Source: a virus. From it: a stretch of 64,000 nucleotides of DNA. Shown here piece by piece: positions 29,670-38,475 of this stretch. A model generated the notes under the pieces. It was not told where the DNA came from, did not search any database, and worked only from the letters and a program-made list of their open reading frames with translations. Both the position numbers and the translations under genes were made by a program. The stretch's first letter is position 1. Each line of letters starts with the position of its first letter. The stretch lies in IMG/VR virus record IMGVR_UViG_3300013132_006127; one strand, written 5' to 3'.

Positions 29670-30049
29670 TCAAATTAGACCAAGTATACTTGATCCATTT
29701 ACTCCTCGCCCTTTATTTAGATTTGTGCTTACAACCGACCCAGCGTTAATTACATTTGGAATAATACTACCTCCTTCTAGAGTAACAGTGCCTCCCGAGC
29801 CATTACCCATACCACCCGAACCTCCTAAACATGATACATTTCCGCTTCTACTATTTAGAAAAAAACACTTCCACCAGGACCCCCATAATCACCACCGTTT
29901 CCGTCACAAGAGATAGTGCCGCTTACAATACTATTGTATAAATATATAGATCCTCCGCTACCCCCATTACCTCCATTAGTTCCATATCCTCCACTACTAG
30001 TAACATGTCCGCTAGTATGTAAATTATGATATTGATATTTTATTGACAT
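29670..30049 (-). CDS. Gly-rich repeat protein interrupted by a -1 frameshift at a T7 run (126 aa if shifted)
   Basis: Frame 0 ends GTT TTT TTC TAA at 29855; the -1 frame continues LNSRSGNVSCLGGSGGMGNGSGGTVTL...GRGVNGSSILGLI to TGA at 29670. Confidence 0.7.
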
Positions 30050-30058
30050 TTTTATATC

Positions 30059-31495
30059 CTATGGTATAAGATTTACATCTAAAGATTGAACAACAGGATC
30101 ATATTCGTTACCCCATCTTACTTGACTAATATTTGCAACAGCTGACCAACGAATATTTTGTTCAGCCACTCCTGTTATTTCTACACTTAATGACTCAACA
30201 CTTATTGATCCATATATGGTGCTATCTTGACCGTATGAGGTAGTAATAAGACGAGCATTGGCAGCAGCCATTGATCCTTCACTGTCACTTTCTGTAATAA
30301 TGCTTCCGATAAAATTAACAGATCCATTAGCATCGCATTTAGCTCCACCTCTAAAAATCCACCAAGCACTATCTCCACTAGATGCGTTAAATGCACTAAC
30401 CTTAATATCAAAAGTCCATGTGGTATTACGAGGTATTCTCATAGTATTGAGATTACCATCAACGCCACCATCTGTAGTTAATACCAAGTTTGCTGCCGTA
30501 TTACCGAAAGAAGAAGATGTCTCTCTTCTTAAGACATATACTATATTTTGGGAATCTCCTGGTATAGCAAAATCACCAGCGCTTTGTCTGATTTTAATAC
30601 CATCGAATGTAAAATTAGCTTCGGCATTGATACCTGTATTGGTTCCAGTACTAGTTAGTAGTCTGTTGTTACCATAATTACTAATACTTACTCCAGTTTG
30701 TTGTCCGCTTGCTGATACGGTAAATTGACCATTACTAGAAGATACTGAAATACCAGAACCAGCTATAACATTTTTGACTGGATAAGGAATATTGGGTATA
30801 TCTCTACCATCGATATTTAATCTATATCCGGGTCCAACATCTGTCCAATAAGTAGTATTAGTAACAGCAATACTTTCATTTTCATAATTAGCTTTATATA
30901 AACGTCCATTAACATAGACTAAATCATTAACTAAATATCTAGTACCATCAGCTATTGTATGATTTAGACTCCAAGGAACAGCAGCATCGTATGCGGGTGG
31001 AATCAAACCACTAACAGAGCTATTAAAATTTGTAATATCCGATGTTGTATGAGTATGTCCGGTAACACTAATACCAGATCCATTAATTAATAAAGAAGTA
31101 AAATTACCGCTACTGCTCGGAACCCAAAGCTGACTACCAGAATTATATTGCAAAAATTGACCATTGGTAACTCCGCTAATTGCAACTTGGTCAAATGGAT
31201 TACCACCTATAGAAGTATTAGTTATTGTTAAACTATTATTTTCATCATCATAATTGAAAGAAATACCACTACCAGCAATAAAAAAACTAGACAGATTATC
31301 TTGAATTGCTTCAAAATCTATAATAGTTCCGCCGTCGCCGCCCAAATATTCTAGATTTGTCCAAACAGTACTACCATCTCCTATTTTTAGTTTTTTGGTA
31401 TCTGTTTCATATCCTGGTTCTCCAGAACGTAGCACTGGATTAATACTGTTCCATTCCGTTGATGTTGCTCTTCTAAGTTTAATAGTAACAGCCAT
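30059..31495 (-). CDS. Tail fibre / receptor-binding-type protein
   Basis: N-terminal IKLRRATSTEW..INPVL..GEPGYETDTKKLKIGDG fibre-attachment motif; internal CBM5/12-like YLVNDLVYVNGRLYKA...W; AGSGISV repeats. Confidence 0.75.
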   Translation of the reverse strand: MAVTIKLRRATSTEWNSINPVLRSGEPGYETDTKKLKIGDGSTVWTNLEYLGGDGGTIIDFEAIQDNLSSFFIAGSGISFNYDDENNSLTITNTSIGGNPFDQVAISGVTNGQFLQYNSGSQLWVPSSSGNFTSLLINGSGISVTGHTHTTSDITNFNSSVSGLIPPAYDAAVPWSLNHTIADGTRYLVNDLVYVNGRLYKANYENESIAVTNTTYWTDVGPGYRLNIDGRDIPNIPYPVKNVIAGSGISVSSSNGQFTVSASGQQTGVSISNYGNNRLLTSTGTNTGINAEANFTFDGIKIRQSAGDFAIPGDSQNIVYVLRRETSSSFGNTAANLVLTTDGGVDGNLNTMRIPRNTTWTFDIKVSAFNASSGDSAWWIFRGGAKCDANGSVNFIGSIITESDSEGSMAAANARLITTSYGQDSTIYGSISVESLSVEITGVAEQNIRWSAVANISQVRWGNEYDPVVQSLDVNLIP

Positions 31496-31536
31496 ATAAT
31501 CTTTCTTTTAAATTGTTAGAACAGTCTAGAATAGGA

Positions 31537-31542
31537 TACACC
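31537..31542 (-). promoter_or_regulatory. GGTGTA motif, putative late promoter
   Basis: GGTGTATCCTATT about 47 nt upstream of the fibre gene start. Confidence 0.45.
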
Positions 31543-31544
31543 TT

Positions 31545-31862
31545 CTATTTCTCTATTCTGTCCTCAAGAGCTTCTAAGGTTTTTCCCAACATAGCTATTT
31601 GTATTTTTAATTCAGTCATTACTTCTGTGTTCCTTTGTAGAGCTGCGGCAAAAGCTGCTTGGGCCTCTTTGTTACTAGCCAATCTTTCCATAATAAATTG
31701 TCTATCATGAATATAAGGAGATTGTGTTTCTATCATATGAGAAACTTCTGCTTTTGTAGCCATATTACGACCAATAGTAATCCAAAAACCGATCATTGTT
31801 ACTATAATACCAATCGCTGTTGTAGCGATGTTTTCCCAAAAATGAATAATGGTTTCAGACAT
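31545..31862 (-). CDS. TM plus coiled-coil protein (holin/spanin-like architecture)
   Basis: N-terminal TM IATTAIGIIVTMIGFW, C-terminal heptad repeat. Confidence 0.6.
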   Translation of the reverse strand: MSETIIHFWENIATTAIGIIVTMIGFWITIGRNMATKAEVSHMIETQSPYIHDRQFIMERLASNKEAQAAFAAALQRNTEVMTELKIQIAMLGKTLEALEDRIEK

Positions 31863-31883
31863 ACTTTATCTCCTATGTTAAAG

Positions 31884-31920
31884 ATTAAGCCAACGATACA
31901 CGCGGCATCATTGGCTTAAT
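31884..31920 (-). terminator. 16-bp stem-loop (terminator or processing site)
   Basis: Minus strand ATTAAGCCAATGATGC-CGCGT-GTATCGTTGGCTTAAT with G-U pairs favouring the minus strand; weak U tract. Confidence 0.6.
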
Positions 31921-31948
31921 ATGTATCGACAATAATGAAAAAATTAAT

Positions 31949-32476
31949 TCAGCTTGTTTTAGCTTTATAGTTAGCCGATACTGGAGTACCACCCTTGGTA
32001 AAGACTAGTGTGCCAGGAACACTTCTACTTAGTACAGCAGCATCATCTGTTGCAACCGTGTCGAGCGAACTAGTAGGAGCAGGATCGTACTTGCCTGTGT
32101 AAAGGTTGAATTGACCATTACGGAAAGCAGTACTAGTATATACAGTTCTATATGCAGTTCTGCTTAGTGGTGTTCTGATAAGACTAGGTGTGCCAGCCGT
32201 GCCAGCCATAAGACTAGTAATCTTTGGAGCAACTGGTGTTCTACTATTTTTAGCTAAAACATTTGCTGAAACAGCCTTATCAACAACAGTGTTATCAACA
32301 ACTGTTGAACCGAAAACACCAGCGTCGTATCTGGTAACTGCCACATCTGTTAGCTTTGAAGAGCCCGAGCCCCCTCTAGCCACTGTGCCGTGATCGTTTG
32401 ATGCTCCGCTACCTTTAACATTTGGGGGAACACTATATGAGGAACCATCTACTTGTTGAAGTGAAACTTTAGCCAT
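31949..32476 (-). CDS. Putative virion structural protein
   Basis: AAGGAG RBS before MAKVSL; Ala/Thr/Gly/Ser-rich; preceded by a GGGGTA motif and followed by a hairpin. Confidence 0.55.
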   Translation of the reverse strand: MAKVSLQQVDGSSYSVPPNVKGSGASNDHGTVARGGSGSSKLTDVAVTRYDAGVFGSTVVDNTVVDKAVSANVLAKNSRTPVAPKITSLMAGTAGTPSLIRTPLSRTAYRTVYTSTAFRNGQFNLYTGKYDPAPTSSLDTVATDDAAVLSRSVPGTLVFTKGGTPVSANYKAKTS

Positions 32477-32526
32477 TGTAGCTCCTTGAAAATATTTTTC
32501 TGTAGGATGTATCAATCACTAAATAA

Positions 32527-32532
32527 TACCCC
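32527..32532 (-). promoter_or_regulatory. GGGGTA variant of the putative late promoter
   Basis: GGGGTATTATTTA about 56 nt upstream of 32476. Confidence 0.4.
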
Positions 32533-32545
32533 AATATATAAAAAG

Positions 32546-33193
32546 TTATATGTTTTTGGTTATAAGCTCCAAACCATTGATAGAATTTACCTTGATTCCA
32601 TACAAATCGGCCTTTTTGACTACAGCAGCTTGATGACTATTCCACAAATTTCCAGTACATATAATTTTAATTTGAGCAACTTTTTTATTAATTAATGCAC
32701 TAGCAATAATATTGTCATTAATATCGTCTAATGAGCTTGATGTTGACGGATATATCACCGCCACTCCACTTGCTATAAAGATTTGAGCGATTTTGTATAA
32801 TGTATCATAAGAAAAAATTCTATAATCAACCATATATCTTAATTCTACGTTATTTTCTATACAAAGATCTAGATTAGCTTTAATATCGTCTCTTATTCTG
32901 TCATACTTTCTATTACACATAGAATGTGAGGGGACAACTAGCTCTATAATGTCGGCTCCGTTTTTAATTGAATATTCGACAGCTGCTAGTCTGCTTTTAA
33001 TATCCAATAGACCCATAGGATAATCTATAGGGGTTGATAACTTAATGGGTTTTTGTACAACTGTTTTTGCACACTTAAGAAATTGAGGAAACACCGATAC
33101 ACTAGATATAGGAAAAGTAATAGCTTTCATTAGATTAGCTTTTATCTCTTCGTCATTACTGGCTATATCATAGTAGCTATATTCTATTTCCAT
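32546..33193 (-). CDS. Deoxyribose-phosphate aldolase (DeoC)-like TIM barrel, catalytic lysines apparently lost
   Basis: SVSVFP, STPIDYPMG, IKNGADIIELV match DeoC; FIKTSTG appears as VIYPSTS. Confidence 0.7.
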   Translation of the reverse strand: MEIEYSYYDIASNDEEIKANLMKAITFPISSVSVFPQFLKCAKTVVQKPIKLSTPIDYPMGLLDIKSRLAAVEYSIKNGADIIELVVPSHSMCNRKYDRIRDDIKANLDLCIENNVELRYMVDYRIFSYDTLYKIAQIFIASGVAVIYPSTSSSLDDINDNIIASALINKKVAQIKIICTGNLWNSHQAAVVKKADLYGIKVNSINGLELITKNI

Positions 33194-33870
33194 TTTTTAA
33201 TAATAGTTTTGAGTGCATCGATATTAGGGAATTGTTTACTGCCAAGAATACCGTCTGCAAAACCATAATCCACGGCTTCTTGTGCCGTAAGAATCCAATC
33301 GCATTTATTAGCCAATTGAGAGACTATATGTTTTCTTGCCATCATTCTTTTCCAATTTTTTTCTTTGGAAATACGACTATTCATACACCTATCAGTAAAC
33401 ATATCTATCATCTTATCGCACTCTTTTTCATTCCACTGAATACCGCTAGCGGCTGCTTTTGAGTGTTCTTCATTGATACTAAAAGAACCATAATGAATTA
33501 ATACATTTGTATTTGGCATTAATATTCTCAAACTTGGGGCTTGTAATAAAATACTACTACAAGATTCGGCTTTAGCATAAGCAACAATAATGGTTTTAGC
33601 TTTTGATGATTTTATTGTATCATACATTCCCAAACAGTCTTGCCATTCACCTCCCGGTATGTGCATATGAATTAGAATTGGTTCTAATGAAAGAAGATTT
33701 AAATATCTCATATTTTTTTCAAAGTTAATAGCGGCTCGATATTCGACACCGGGCTCTTCTTCAATATCTCCTATATGGGAATGAAGATATATTTCTCTAT
33801 TAACTGGATCAATATTATATTGATGTATAGATTCTATTGAAGGTTGTTCTAAGTGCTCTTTTGAAACCAT
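33184..33870 (-). CDS. clpP: ClpP-family serine protease
   Basis: REIYL, IHMHIPGG, AESCSSILLQA (Ser), LIHYG (His), DWILTAQEAVDYGFADGI. Confidence 0.88.
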   Translation of the reverse strand: MVSKEHLEQPSIESIHQYNIDPVNREIYLHSHIGDIEEEPGVEYRAAINFEKNMRYLNLLSLEPILIHMHIPGGEWQDCLGMYDTIKSSKAKTIIVAYAKAESCSSILLQAPSLRILMPNTNVLIHYGSFSINEEHSKAAASGIQWNEKECDKMIDMFTDRCMNSRISKEKNWKRMMARKHIVSQLANKCDWILTAQEAVDYGFADGILGSKQFPNIDALKTIIKKWK

Positions 33871-33873
33871 ATT

Positions 33874-34332
33874 TTATCCTAGAATTTCATATACATTATC
33901 ATTGATTTTTTTCATTACGGTTTTGTCTTCAAATAGTTTACCAATGGCTATCCTAAATCTGTATCTAGTGAATACGTCAAGTATCTCTACTCCATCACTG
34001 TCTTCTATAGTCTTAGCTACTTTTGAAGTGATGTTGAAATTGGTATGACCTACCCAAAAATTAAAAATTTTACTACAAGCAGTATGCTCATTGTACGGAA
34101 TGATACCCATAGGAGTAGCAATAACTTGAATAGGATTGGAAGTTGATGTAATCATTTTATTTAATACAGTATCCTGTTCGTCTTCATTATCCATAATATT
34201 TTCTTTATCTGTGTCTTCGAAATCGTCCGATACATCATGATCCTTATACCCTGGCCACTCAATATCCTCTGGATTTTTACCAAAAGGATCCACCCATTTC
34301 TGCCAAACTATCATAGGTTTATAACTTGTCAT
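33874..34332 (-). CDS. Conserved phage hypothetical protein
   Basis: WQKWVDPF...FWVGHTNFNIT...GVEILDVFTRYRFRIAIGKLF. Confidence 0.7.
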   Translation of the reverse strand: MTSYKPMIVWQKWVDPFGKNPEDIEWPGYKDHDVSDDFEDTDKENIMDNEDEQDTVLNKMITSTSNPIQVIATPMGIIPYNEHTACSKIFNFWVGHTNFNITSKVAKTIEDSDGVEILDVFTRYRFRIAIGKLFEDKTVMKKINDNVYEILG

Positions 34333-34751
34333 TTATTAAAAACCCTCGAAGGTCTAATTAGAGGTTCATTAGCTGAATTTTTATTATTTCTATTCTTTTC
34401 TGTATCGAGAAGAGTTAAATAGAAAACAATATTGTCAAAAAATAGTTTTTCCTCTGCATTATATTCTGTCTCTTCTTGTATTAAAGAAAGTGTTTGTTTT
34501 TGTAGTCTTCCGCTATTAATAATATGTAAAAATTCTGCTACTACCATTGAGCTATTATTCATAGCTTTAATATTTCCTTTTTCAAGATCTGGTAGTTTGC
34601 AATAAATATCAATCTCTTTATTATCGTTTAAGCAAAAAGATAATTGACATAAATAATTTTTATGTATATATTCAATAGTTTTAGCTTGTGTTTTTGTTTT
34701 TTGGGTAAAAAACGAAACAATATACGATATAATTTTTTTTATTATTTGCAT
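34329..34751 (-). CDS. Hypothetical protein
   Basis: 140 aa ORF in operon. Confidence 0.65.
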   Translation of the reverse strand: MQIIKKIISYIVSFFTQKTKTQAKTIEYIHKNYLCQLSFCLNDNKEIDIYCKLPDLEKGNIKAMNNSSMVVAEFLHIINSGRLQKQTLSLIQEETEYNAEEKLFFDNIVFYLTLLDTEKNRNNKNSANEPLIRPSRVFNK

Positions 34752-35125
34752 TAGACAAAATATTTTAAATGACAGAAAAAAGCATCATCTATACATAGTA
34801 AATCAAAATTAATCAGAGCGGCTTCTTGTGGATCAACAATTTTGATACTGTCATAAGGAATAGAAAAATAGTAAAATATTTCTAAATTATTATCTTTGTT
34901 TCTAATCTTATTATAGAGATTAATTTTTAGCCATTCAGGATTAACTTTGATATGTTTAGAAATACATTCTTTAATTAATAGGGATATATCACTTGAAAAA
35001 TCATTAATTACATAAGGTAAAGAAATTCCAGCTGGATTATCTTTATCGTTAACAACTATAGTGTAGTATTTACCATTAAGAACATCTATAGCGATAGGTA
35101 CTATAAAAAATTTGCTGTCTTTCAT
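34751..35125 (-). CDS. Hypothetical protein
   Basis: 124 aa ORF in operon. Confidence 0.6.
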   Translation of the reverse strand: MKDSKFFIVPIAIDVLNGKYYTIVVNDKDNPAGISLPYVINDFSSDISLLIKECISKHIKVNPEWLKINLYNKIRNKDNNLEIFYYFSIPYDSIKIVDPQEAALINFDLLCIDDAFFCHLKYFV

Positions 35126-35712
35126 GCTGTTGCCATACTAGATTGGAAAAGAGTAATTGCTTTTTTGATATTCTGTCTCACCGCCTCCCTAGTAACACCG
35201 TATTTCTGTCCTATGGCGTTTAGTGTCATATCATCAAAAAAATACATTTTGAGTTGATCTTTTTGTTTTTCCGTTATCATTGGGGAGTTTAACAGCTCGT
35301 CTATGCAATTAGAGAGATTTTCCTTCTCTTCGTTCTCGATAATGATTTCCAAAGGATCTCTTTCTGAGCCAGACAAAAAATCGTAAGAGGAGGTATTATT
35401 TTCCGATAAATTGATATTATCTAATGAGTATGACTTTTTAGTTTTATACTTTTTAGTAACATAGGTTTGTATTGCCCAAATAGCGCACTGATTTCTATAA
35501 GCATATTTGGTTTTTTGTAAACCTGTTTTTCCAACTCTATCCTTATCCCACTTCCAGTCCGCTTGCATAATAGCTGTTGCAACATCGGATATTGCGTCTT
35601 CGTTGGAAAGCATCTCATTTCTAAGTGAACCATAAAACTTTCCAGAAAATTTTGATATGGTCTTTTTAGCTAAATCTATATATGTAGACAGAGAATCAAA
35701 CTGTTTATCCAT
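35122..35712 (-). CDS. Sigma70-family RNA polymerase sigma factor
   Basis: Region-2-like AIMQADWKWD...YRNQCAIWAI; region 4 MTLNAIGQKYGVTREAVRQNIKKAI. Confidence 0.85.
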   Translation of the reverse strand: MDKQFDSLSTYIDLAKKTISKFSGKFYGSLRNEMLSNEDAISDVATAIMQADWKWDKDRVGKTGLQKTKYAYRNQCAIWAIQTYVTKKYKTKKSYSLDNINLSENNTSSYDFLSGSERDPLEIIIENEEKENLSNCIDELLNSPMITEKQKDQLKMYFFDDMTLNAIGQKYGVTREAVRQNIKKAITLFQSSMATA

Positions 35713-35743
35713 TAGTGTGTCCTTGTTATGTAATGAGCCTAAA

Positions 35744-36208
35744 TTACTTTGTTAACTTCTTCCAGGTGTCCGGGTCTGGTCTATCTTTATCTCCTGGTTT
35801 AGCTGGTTTATAATTTTTACCTTCTTTTTCTTTTTTCTTTCTGATATTATCCCATAAGCCTCTTTTACTCTGGGCGCTAGGAGTAGTATCGGACGCATCT
35901 GATACGAACATGACAAAATCATGAATCGTTCTCATATAGTCCTCGGTAATGGCTATTTTACCTTGTAGCCAGCTCTCTGTCAAGTTTTCCGCGACTTTTG
36001 GATCGGTAAGACGCTCAAGTATTTTTGTAGCATGATTAGCTATCGCTCTGATAGAACCCACACTCATTTCATAAAAATCTTTTTTGTACTCTTTCATTTC
36101 ATGATCTGGGGTTTCTACTTCGACTTCTTCTATATCAAGAAAATCCCCATCATCTGCTTTAGAAAAAAACGAAGTGATAGAATTCAAAAGAAAGTGTATA
36201 CGTTCCAT
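35744..36208 (-). CDS. Phage hypothetical protein
   Basis: ESWLQGKIAITEDY and GLWDNIRKKK...PGDKDRP modules. Confidence 0.65.
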   Translation of the reverse strand: MERIHFLLNSITSFFSKADDGDFLDIEEVEVETPDHEMKEYKKDFYEMSVGSIRAIANHATKILERLTDPKVAENLTESWLQGKIAITEDYMRTIHDFVMFVSDASDTTPSAQSKRGLWDNIRKKKEKEGKNYKPAKPGDKDRPDPDTWKKLTK

Positions 36209-36212
36209 TTTA

Positions 36213-36779
36213 TTATACCTGTATGCTTAAAAAGTTATCTAGACCCATTTGTTCTATAAGTTTGAGGTAGCCCTCGTATAAAACAATACCGTCCTCGCTA
36301 CCTTGGAGCAAAGGAATCATAACATTGGCCGTGAGTTCGTCTCCTGCCGCCCTTGCTGCCGCAATAGTAGCCTTCTCTGCCGCCGCAGCCTCTCTTACAG
36401 AATTCAAATTATATCGAATCATAGCAACCATATCATGACGAGTCCATGAAGGAGGATTAACTACTAATGGTTGATAATCAATATCAAAGAACTCCAATCT
36501 AGTAAGATTAATCATAGCGTGTTTATGCTCTTCTTCTGCGTCAGCCTTTATAATATCTGCTAATTTTTTATAGCCCCATCTTTCTAAATGCACAGCTTGA
36601 GCAGATAAAGATGTTGTTTGCTGCCAGTGTATATTTAGTGATGTTTTCAGTAATTCTATAACGTTCTGATTAGAATAACCATTAACTACCTGTGCTTTAG
36701 ATTCTTGAGGTGTTTCGATATCCATTTTCTGTGTTTGTCCTTCCTGTACTTCTAATAATTCAGAAATTTTTTTAATCAT
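36213..36779 (-). CDS. bfr: Bacterioferritin / ferritin-like protein
   Basis: HLERWGYKKLA...AEEEHKHA...RLEFFD, GDELT..., LIEQMGLDNFL. Confidence 0.75.
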   Translation of the reverse strand: MIKKISELLEVQEGQTQKMDIETPQESKAQVVNGYSNQNVIELLKTSLNIHWQQTTSLSAQAVHLERWGYKKLADIIKADAEEEHKHAMINLTRLEFFDIDYQPLVVNPPSWTRHDMVAMIRYNLNSVREAAAAEKATIAAARAAGDELTANVMIPLLQGSEDGIVLYEGYLKLIEQMGLDNFLSIQV

Positions 36780-36785
36780 TTTGTC

Positions 36786-37343
36786 TCACCATGCCTTACA
36801 TGACCAGTAACGGGCCTTCCATTTGGGGCCAGGATTACTACAGTTATGTCTGGCTCTGAAACTCTTACGTCTTGATGGAATATTCTTTTTAATTTTCATA
36901 TTTGGATCGCCAAAATTTACTTTAACTACATTCCCTTTTTCATTTTTTACATAGACACTAAACTTTTTAGGACCATCTGGTGTTCTAAAAGGCTTATTTA
37001 AAGTAACTTTTTTACCCTGGTATTCTGAAGCTATAATATGAGAAACATCATAATCCTCTGTTTCTTCACCAGCATCAATATAATCTTCGTCACTAGGTAA
37101 AATTAGGTTTAAATCGGTCAAGTTTTCCACACTACCGCATTCTTCGCAATCCAAATTGCTCATAAATCCTAATATTTCTAATACTTGATCTATTAATCCT
37201 GCTTTTGATCTCTTGGTTTGACCAAGACATACCGCCACTCTTTGCTTACTATCGGGATAGTCTTTTTTCATAGTTTCATTACCCATACAGCGGGAAACAA
37301 ACTTAGAACTATCTTCATTTTTTTCTGGTTGTGGAATGGGCAT
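36786..37343 (-). CDS. Phage protein with DUF6321-like C-terminal domain
   Basis: YQGKKVTLNKPFRTPDGPKKFSVYVKN...VNFGDP...RKSFRARHNC...ARYWSC; N-terminal PIPQP...FVSRCM module. Confidence 0.65.
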   Translation of the reverse strand: MPIPQPEKNEDSSKFVSRCMGNETMKKDYPDSKQRVAVCLGQTKRSKAGLIDQVLEILGFMSNLDCEECGSVENLTDLNLILPSDEDYIDAGEETEDYDVSHIIASEYQGKKVTLNKPFRTPDGPKKFSVYVKNEKGNVVKVNFGDPNMKIKKNIPSRRKSFRARHNCSNPGPKWKARYWSCKAW

Positions 37344-37361
37344 AAAAACTCCTTGTTGTGT

Positions 37362-38438
37362 CTAATTACTAATACACCTCAAAAGTTTATCCGTAGCATT
37401 GGACCAACTCAACATATTGGCTGTTTTAAGTCCTTCTTCATTGGTACTAATATGGTTTTTATACATATGTCTCATATAATCAACAAATTGATCTTTTTGT
37501 TTTTTATCTATTTTAGCCCATTTTCCTGTTCCAAAAAAGTATTTACCATCATAAGCGTCCTCAAGATCTGTAATATCAACCAAAAAAGCATTAGTAGGAG
37601 TACAGAACTCGGTGTGTGCTGAATAATTAGTTGTAATTACTGGTTTGTTCATGGCCATCATTTCTAATAGCTCTAAATTCCACCCCTCTGCTCTACTAGG
37701 GAAAATACCGCAATCAGCATAAGATAATAGTTTAGCAACTTCTTCTTGAGTATTTAGTCTAGGAAAAATTTTGATTTTTTCTTTTAGAGGACCATTAGAA
37801 TATAAACTATGCCATTGTTGAAGTTCTGTAGCAGGAAATGCTAGCTCGCTAGATGATGCCGCTATCCATAGCTCTACATCGTCTTCTTTAGTAAAAGCTT
37901 CATTAAATAATTCTATTAAAATATCGTGTCCTTTTCTAACCTCCCATTTTCCAATATTCATAAAAACAAATTTATCTTTAGGTTTCATATCTGATTGAAT
38001 GGTATGATTAAATAAAGACTGATCAACACCTAGAGGTACAACGTTAATTTTTTTATTCACATTGTTTTGCTCTAGAACCTTTTTTGCCCATTCGGAAGAT
38101 ACAATAATTTCATCTACATTGTTTAGATGATGAATTTCTTTATTGGAAAGTTTTGTCAATTCAAAAAACGGAAAAGCAAAATATTTTCCGGTGCCAATTC
38201 TAGCACCTAGATCGAATTGATGCCAAATTTTTAAGCATGGCGCTTCTTTATCATATGTGTCCTGCTTTTGCATAGCATCAAAAGCTAATTTATAGTCCGC
38301 TTCGTTATCTGCGTGAATCTGATTGCCTATCAGGAATAAGACCGGTTCGTGTTTCTTTTCTATTAAACACTTAAGATAATTCAGACCAGCGACACCATAG
38401 CCAGTATATCCTATAGGACTATAATAATTAATGTTCAT
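37362..38438 (-). CDS. GT4-family glycosyltransferase
   Basis: TGYGVAG, VPLGVD, IGKWEVRKG, PSRAEGWNLELLEMMAMNKPVITTNYS. Confidence 0.9.
   Translation of the reverse strand: MNINYYSPIGYTGYGVAGLNYLKCLIEKKHEPVLFLIGNQIHADNEADYKLAFDAMQKQDTYDKEAPCLKIWHQFDLGARIGTGKYFAFPFFELTKLSNKEIHHLNNVDEIIVSSEWAKKVLEQNNVNKKINVVPLGVDQSLFNHTIQSDMKPKDKFVFMNIGKWEVRKGHDILIELFNEAFTKEDDVELWIAASSSELAFPATELQQWHSLYSNGPLKEKIKIFPRLNTQEEVAKLLSYADCGIFPSRAEGWNLELLEMMAMNKPVITTNYSAHTEFCTPTNAFLVDITDLEDAYDGKYFFGTGKWAKIDKKQKDQFVDYMRHMYKNHISTNEEGLKTANMLSWSNATDKLLRCISN
37373..37378 (-). promoter_or_regulatory. GGTGTA motif, putative late promoter
   Basis: GGTGTATTAGTAATTAG 35 nt upstream of 37343, inside the end of the upstream GT gene. 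Confidence 0.45.
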
Positions 38439-38475
38439 TTAGTTTGTTCCTTTAATTTTGATATTTCCTCGAAAC

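Noticed and set aside
30059-31495. Diversity-generating retroelement target, suggested by the Mtd-like N-terminus
   Set aside because: No reverse transcriptase or template/variable repeat pair in the window; the motif is a generic fibre N-terminal domain
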